DNA from: Eledone cirrhosa
Lineage: Eukaryota
Assembly: GCA_964016885.1 (NCBI GenBank)
Contig: OZ024741.1
Span: 376,278,001 to 376,342,000 of the forward strand
Length of the DNA stretch: 64,000 bases
Direction of reading: 5' to 3'
Each line of letters begins with the position of its first letter. Positions within the stretch are counted from its first letter, which is position 1. Under the pieces are notes generated by a model that saw only the letters and a program-made list of their open reading frames with translations, ran no database searches and was not told the DNA's origin. Both the position numbers and the translations under genes were made by a program. Below, piece after piece: positions 58,560 to 64,000 of this stretch.

Positions 58560-61400
58560 TTGCAGTATATCTAGATTCCTCGTTACTTCAGAATAAAGGT
58601 TCTCCTTTCCGCTAATCGTCAGTATTGGCATCTAATATGTAACTGATTTCCACTACACTGGATATCTTCTTTTCTCTGTCTCATACATGTCTGGACTATT
58701 ATGTTTATATTTTATTGTTTTTGTTTCATATGTATGTATACCCTCTTCACACCATCGCAACGTTTTATATCTTCATTTTCAGGACTCATATTTCTACGAA
58801 TTGCATTGTATAGTGTTTTGGGCACTACAGAATGATGACGTCTCTGGGTAGCTGCTTATGATGTGGGTGACAATCTCGATGTTTATTGCGCGGAGTCTGC
58901 AAATGTTGCCACGTCTAAGTGTTTTGCCTCATATCAATTCTGCATCAGGTATTTCGTTATTATTTCCTCTTCTTGGATGGCAAAATCATATCCTTCAAAG
59001 TGAGAACTACTGTACCGGTTATTTTTCAAAGATGGACTTCCTTTCGTTCATATATCACTTCCAATTTGAAACCTTTTAGCAACATAGCCACCTTTGGTTT
59101 CCTTGCTGAGAAGCATACAGATTTTCACCCATGGATTCGTTGCGCTGTGCAATTTCCACAAACGTGAGTTTTTACTTATCATGCAGTGAGTATTTCTCAA
59201 GAAGCTACTGTCCAACTCTCAAGATTGTATCTGCCTCATGTAAACACTTGTTCTAAGAATGAGCGCCTATGTTTGGTGATTCGTAGATGCTGTCTGACGG
59301 ATATGATGCGAAACTCAAATGCTGTTGATTTTGAGTCTTTGCCTTCCTGTTTATGTTCTAGATAGATGAGTTCTATGTCACAGTTAACATGAACATTTTC
59401 GGTACCGGTTAGAACATTTCGTGTTTTAACATCAATGGCTCGGATCCCATCTAGAATCCAGTCAAGTAGTACAAATGTTTCTGTCAGGACAGACACAACA
59501 AACACACTCTAGGCCATTGCTTTATTGAACGCAGAGAGCTTCGAAAATCGTACTTTTCTTATTCGTTTGTTATATTTCCTTGTTTCTATCATAGAATATA
59601 TTTCCATCTATCCCTAGATATCTGTAGAAGTCCTCAGCAGATACGGGTGTAACAGCCAGGTCATTCATAAAGATGTTACAAGAATGGCCTGTAGGCCTTC
59701 GTCGTTTACAATCATATATTCCATTCCTAGATTTCTGAGAACGTCGTAAACAGGTCAAGGCTTTTCGTAGCATTTATATTCTTGGCATACATTTTCAGGT
59801 TATTAACAAAGAAGCTCTGTGTAACGTTTATGTCTCTCGCACGTTTATGAACCAATTAGATTCCTTGATATTCTCTCAGCATAAATGACAAGAGTTTTAC
59901 TGACAGCATAAGTGGCATTACAGAGAGACTGTCGCCTTGAAATATATCCCTGCAATTTCGATTTTATCAGTGACTATGTAATCACACTACTCGGTATTTA
60001 ACTTTAGAAATGTGGTTCAGGGAGATCGTAGGTTCTTTATGGCCGCACCTCTGACACTGTAGTTTTGTTAATAAAGAGTTTTTCAACTCACAACGAAAAC
60101 CTTCTTTCTTCCCAGCTACATTGATATAGTCAGAGTGATCATGGAGGAATAGGTTCAGACAATATGTATTCATTTTATACATTAGTTTCTGGCATGTTAT
60201 AGGTCAGGAGTGTTTGCCAAGTGTAACTCTTTGCTCTGGGGATCAATATTGTTTCTGCTAATGTTAACCACGCTGGTATATGTACACCTCCCTTGAGAGA
60301 TTATTGGTAGGCGTTGATGAGATATATCTGATAGAAAGTTAGTTGTTTGTACCAGTATCCGACAATCAATTATATTCCTGGTGCTTCCTTTTCCCGAAGT
60401 TTTCCTAACACTGTCTCAAAAATATCCTTATAATGATGTTTGTTTTGCTGTAATGCAGGAGCAATAGTTCCTTTGGGTGTCTATACTTTTGTTGAGCTTC
60501 ATTACTATAATTTTGTTGAGCTTCATTACTTCCCCTCATATTTTCAAGACGAAATCTATGTCTGAGATGGGGATTCAGCAACATTTATTGATCTGCCCCT
60601 CGTATATCTATAGACTTTTGTTTGGTTTCGGTTTAATCTTTTATTAATCAGTTTCCTTTAAGCCACCATCTTTTGATAACAGATTTTCTCGATGACAGCT
60701 CTCATTTCTTGTTTTTTATGGTGCTCAACCTGTATTGAAGATTACTGCTTGTGCTCTCTCCAAATATCATTTCTATTTTATTTTTACTTTTTGATGGTGA
60801 AGATTGGTGTTTTGTTTTTGTTTACATGTGATAAGCATTGTCACATAACCGATAGTCTTCAAAATTTCAGCGATCTTTTTTTCTATTTTTGTGACCGACC
60901 ACCTCGTCTGTTGCGAAGACTTAAAGAAATGTGTTTTGTTCCTTCCACAGACTTTTGCGCAAACATTCATCATTTAAACTTTTAGAAGGCTTTGCAGATT
61001 TGTATTGTCATTGATGACGTCGTTATGCTTTGATCTTTGGTGGTTGGTATATATCTTTCAGTTATAACTGTTTCTACATTTGGCACAAGACCAGTGCATT
61101 ACTGTTACTTTATTTTTACCGACCCCGTAAGGATGAAAGGCAAAGTTAACCTTGGCGGGATTTGAACTCAGACCATAAGGGGCCGTAACTCTTTGCTGCA
61201 AAGCATGGCGTCCGACCCTCTACCGATACTGCCAATCCACCGCCCTCTTGCAGGTATAATGATGATTGGTACGAAGCAGATATTTTTTGTTGGCATTTGA
61301 TTTACAAGCTCCACCTCAATGATCCACTGGCATACCCTTTCTATATTTCATCGAGCACATTGTTAAGTGTACAACGTCTACAAAACATCATGTTTTAAGC
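58560..61400 (-). mobile_element. Decayed R4/Dong-like (RLE-type) LINE
   Basis: Remnants IFQGDSL, YRYLGID, IDVKTRNVLT..HVNCDIE.IYL; boundaries approximate. Confidence 0.6.
61069..61244 (-). mobile_element. tRNA-derived SINE
   Basis: Reverse complement of the SINE consensus, with variant gcagcaaagagttacggcccc. Confidence 0.85.
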
Positions 61401-61589
61401 ATTGCTGTGTTGATTGTATTTCAATTTGGTGACAGTTTTTATTACATTCTTCCACAATATATTTTGAGAGATCTCAATAAATTTCCCTTTCTCTATTGTA
61501 ATTTTTGAGTTTCTTATTCTATTTCAAATTGACCTCGTTACAACATAACTCACGGGGGAGATAGTATTGAAATGACATTCCTTCACAAT

Positions 61590-61825
<236 letters not shown>

Positions 61826-62018
61826 CGGTGGATTGGCAGTATCGGTAGAGGGTCGGACGCCATGCTTTGCAGCAAAGAGTTACGGCCCCTTATGGTCTGA
61901 GTTCAAATCCCGCCAAGGTTATTGCCTCCTCCTTATTGAGGACGCCTTTTTGTGTAAACTCCCCCCTTTGTACTTGTCTCACTTTTCATGCCCTGGTGGC
62001 AAATAAAAGAAACATATC
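61826..62018 (+). mobile_element. Chimeric retrocopy: SINE Pol III head fused to the Tx1 family B 3' end
   Basis: 61826-61921 is the SINE 5' half. 61918-62018 matches the reverse complement of 48541-48641. Junction microhomology gtta. Confidence 0.85.
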
Positions 62019-63099
62019 TACATCTCTCTCTCTCTCTCTATCTATCTATCTAATTACCTACCTAACTCTCTATCTAACTACATCTCTCTCTCTCTCTATC
62101 TTTGTCTATCTACCTATCTACCTATCTAACTATAATGTAGATGTATTTTTTTAAATAAAAATATATATTTAGATTTACACATTATTTTGCACAGAAATAT
62201 AATACCTATATGTCAACATTATTTCCCAATTTATGTTAATTTTTTAATATATTAATTAATCTATACATTAAAACCTAGAGCAGAATGAATTTCATTTACG
62301 ATTGAGTTAATTTGGCTCTATTCTTGCAAATAATTAGTAAGCTATTAAGATGCCATCTCAACGTAATTAACTCGAAATACAAGAAGAATTACACACTAAT
62401 TTCAACTGACACATATATTCAAGACAGTTGTGTCAGCAGTAAATCTGGTTGATGATATCTACTGATAATTTACAAAAGTTTATCTTCTTGAAACGTCGTT
62501 GAGAGATCAATTTGAAACATTACACCGGTTAATATTATATCCATCACTCATTCAATTAACTATTGCCTATTAACTATTGCCTATTAAAGTCAGAGCTTAT
62601 TATAGTTAAACAGAAATTATGGTTCAAGACGATGTTTGAAATTCCGCCGTCACCATCACATAAAATTTATTATAATTTGCTCTCATAATGAAGTCAATTT
62701 TTTCGCTTATCCGTAACATGTCAATTAGCCCTATTTAAACCAATACTTAAACCACACTGCATTGTTCAATAGTGTATTATAAATTGTGAAATGGCTTTCT
62801 AAAATACGGAACGCCACAATATTTAATTGACGCTAAAATTAAAGACTGTTGATTCTGTCATTGAAGAGTTTAAATTCCATAGATTACTTTAGCATAAATT
62901 CACAAATTGTAGGCACAGTATGTTAAATTATGGGAGACAGAATTGAGATTGCAATACTGGAACTGTGTAAATCAGGGTACATTTTAGGCAAAGCTGGCCA
63001 CATCATGATGACCTTTAGATATTACAAAATGCCTCGCCATAACGATCAATATGCAAATATCCCCGGTTTAATAGACTTTCGAATCTTCTCCATACCTCG

Positions 63100-63900
63100 T
63101 TTATAAAATATGCTATCGTGAATAGTATAAATATTTTGACATTATAATGCTTTTATGATTTAACTGGAGGAATAAAGAAAATGCCCCTGTATTTTGGAGG
63201 TTCTCCAAGATTGGTGAGATGGAAGTATTAATGCTGTGTTTGATTTTTTGAAGATTAATACTGGGAAAATATGGCTGTGGAAAAAATAGGTCGAATGACA
63301 TGCGACTCTTTCTGTGATTGATTATTGGATGCGTCGGTAAACACTGTTTTAGCTAGGTTGAACAGAGGCGTTGGTTTATATGAGAGAAGATACAATCCGA
63401 GCAAACCACATACGTATGACAGCAGATGATACAAAGAATACGAAAGGTCAGTCATATATGTTTTGTGTGTGCGTGTAAAAGTTGAAACAACCCATATATT
63501 TGATCGAACTTTAAATGTGGTTTGAAAAATATTTTGAAGGGAACAATAATTTCTTATGTTAGCCATGGACTGAAAGACCAGATGTTTCTGGAAGTAAAAT
63601 TATTAATGGAATACGAGATTACTATGTAGTCACATTATACCATAAGTGGTGTAGCATGCCTGAAGACAATACTATTTCATTCAATTGTTGTTCATGTCTA
63701 GGAAGTGTGAAATTCAATACTGAATCATAGTTATGTAAAATATCTGTGTAATGGTTATATTTATGCCGATTAAAGTGACATGTGGTGCTTGGATGTAATT
63801 ATGCGGCCTGTTTCCATGGTTCTCAGCGTACCTCTGACATGCAGCAGTTGGTTTAAATAAGGTGTAAATATATTTGAGGAAGATGTTGATATAATATAGG
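63100..63900 (+). pseudogene. Possible very decayed piggyBac transposase
   Basis: LDASV...YNPSKPHTYDSR*YK..YV and LAMD resemble IDESM / YxPxKPxKYGIK / YMDN motifs; many stops. Confidence 0.3.
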
Positions 63901-64000
63901 GAAGAATTCGTTATGAAGAAAGACTCATCAGAAGAATCAGGAAGTGTTTAGATGATGTAGGTTAGACTGAGTATGGGATTCAGAAAATCTATACTAATAT

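Overview
AT-rich, repeat-saturated eukaryotic DNA. It is most likely intergenic or intronic sequence from an octopus (inferred from the tRNA-derived SINE family and the very high microsatellite load). I found no host protein-coding exon I can support, and no rRNA, true tRNA or CRISPR array; most ORFs in the track are microsatellite artefacts. The window contains: two Tx1/L1-clade LINEs (one with an intact 1153-aa ORF2), several decayed RTE and RLE-type LINEs, a deleted hATm-like transposon, a decayed mariner, MITE-like fold-backs, at least 9 SINE copies and many Penelope-like retroelement (PLE) insertions. The most striking pattern is about 7 unrelated PLE-type families. Nearly all sit in (TA)n tracts. 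Six carry a recognisable type I hammerhead-ribozyme (HHR) motif; the seventh has only a partial one. Most form fold-backs whose inverted arm stops at or next to a TA about 20-45 nt past the predicted cleavage site. Other highlights: an HHR with a ~100-nt helix-II insert; a SINE-head/Tx1-tail chimera whose head is identical to a neighbouring SINE; and a perfect splice donor overlapping the ORF1 stop codon in both Tx1 families. All alignments and folds were done by eye.
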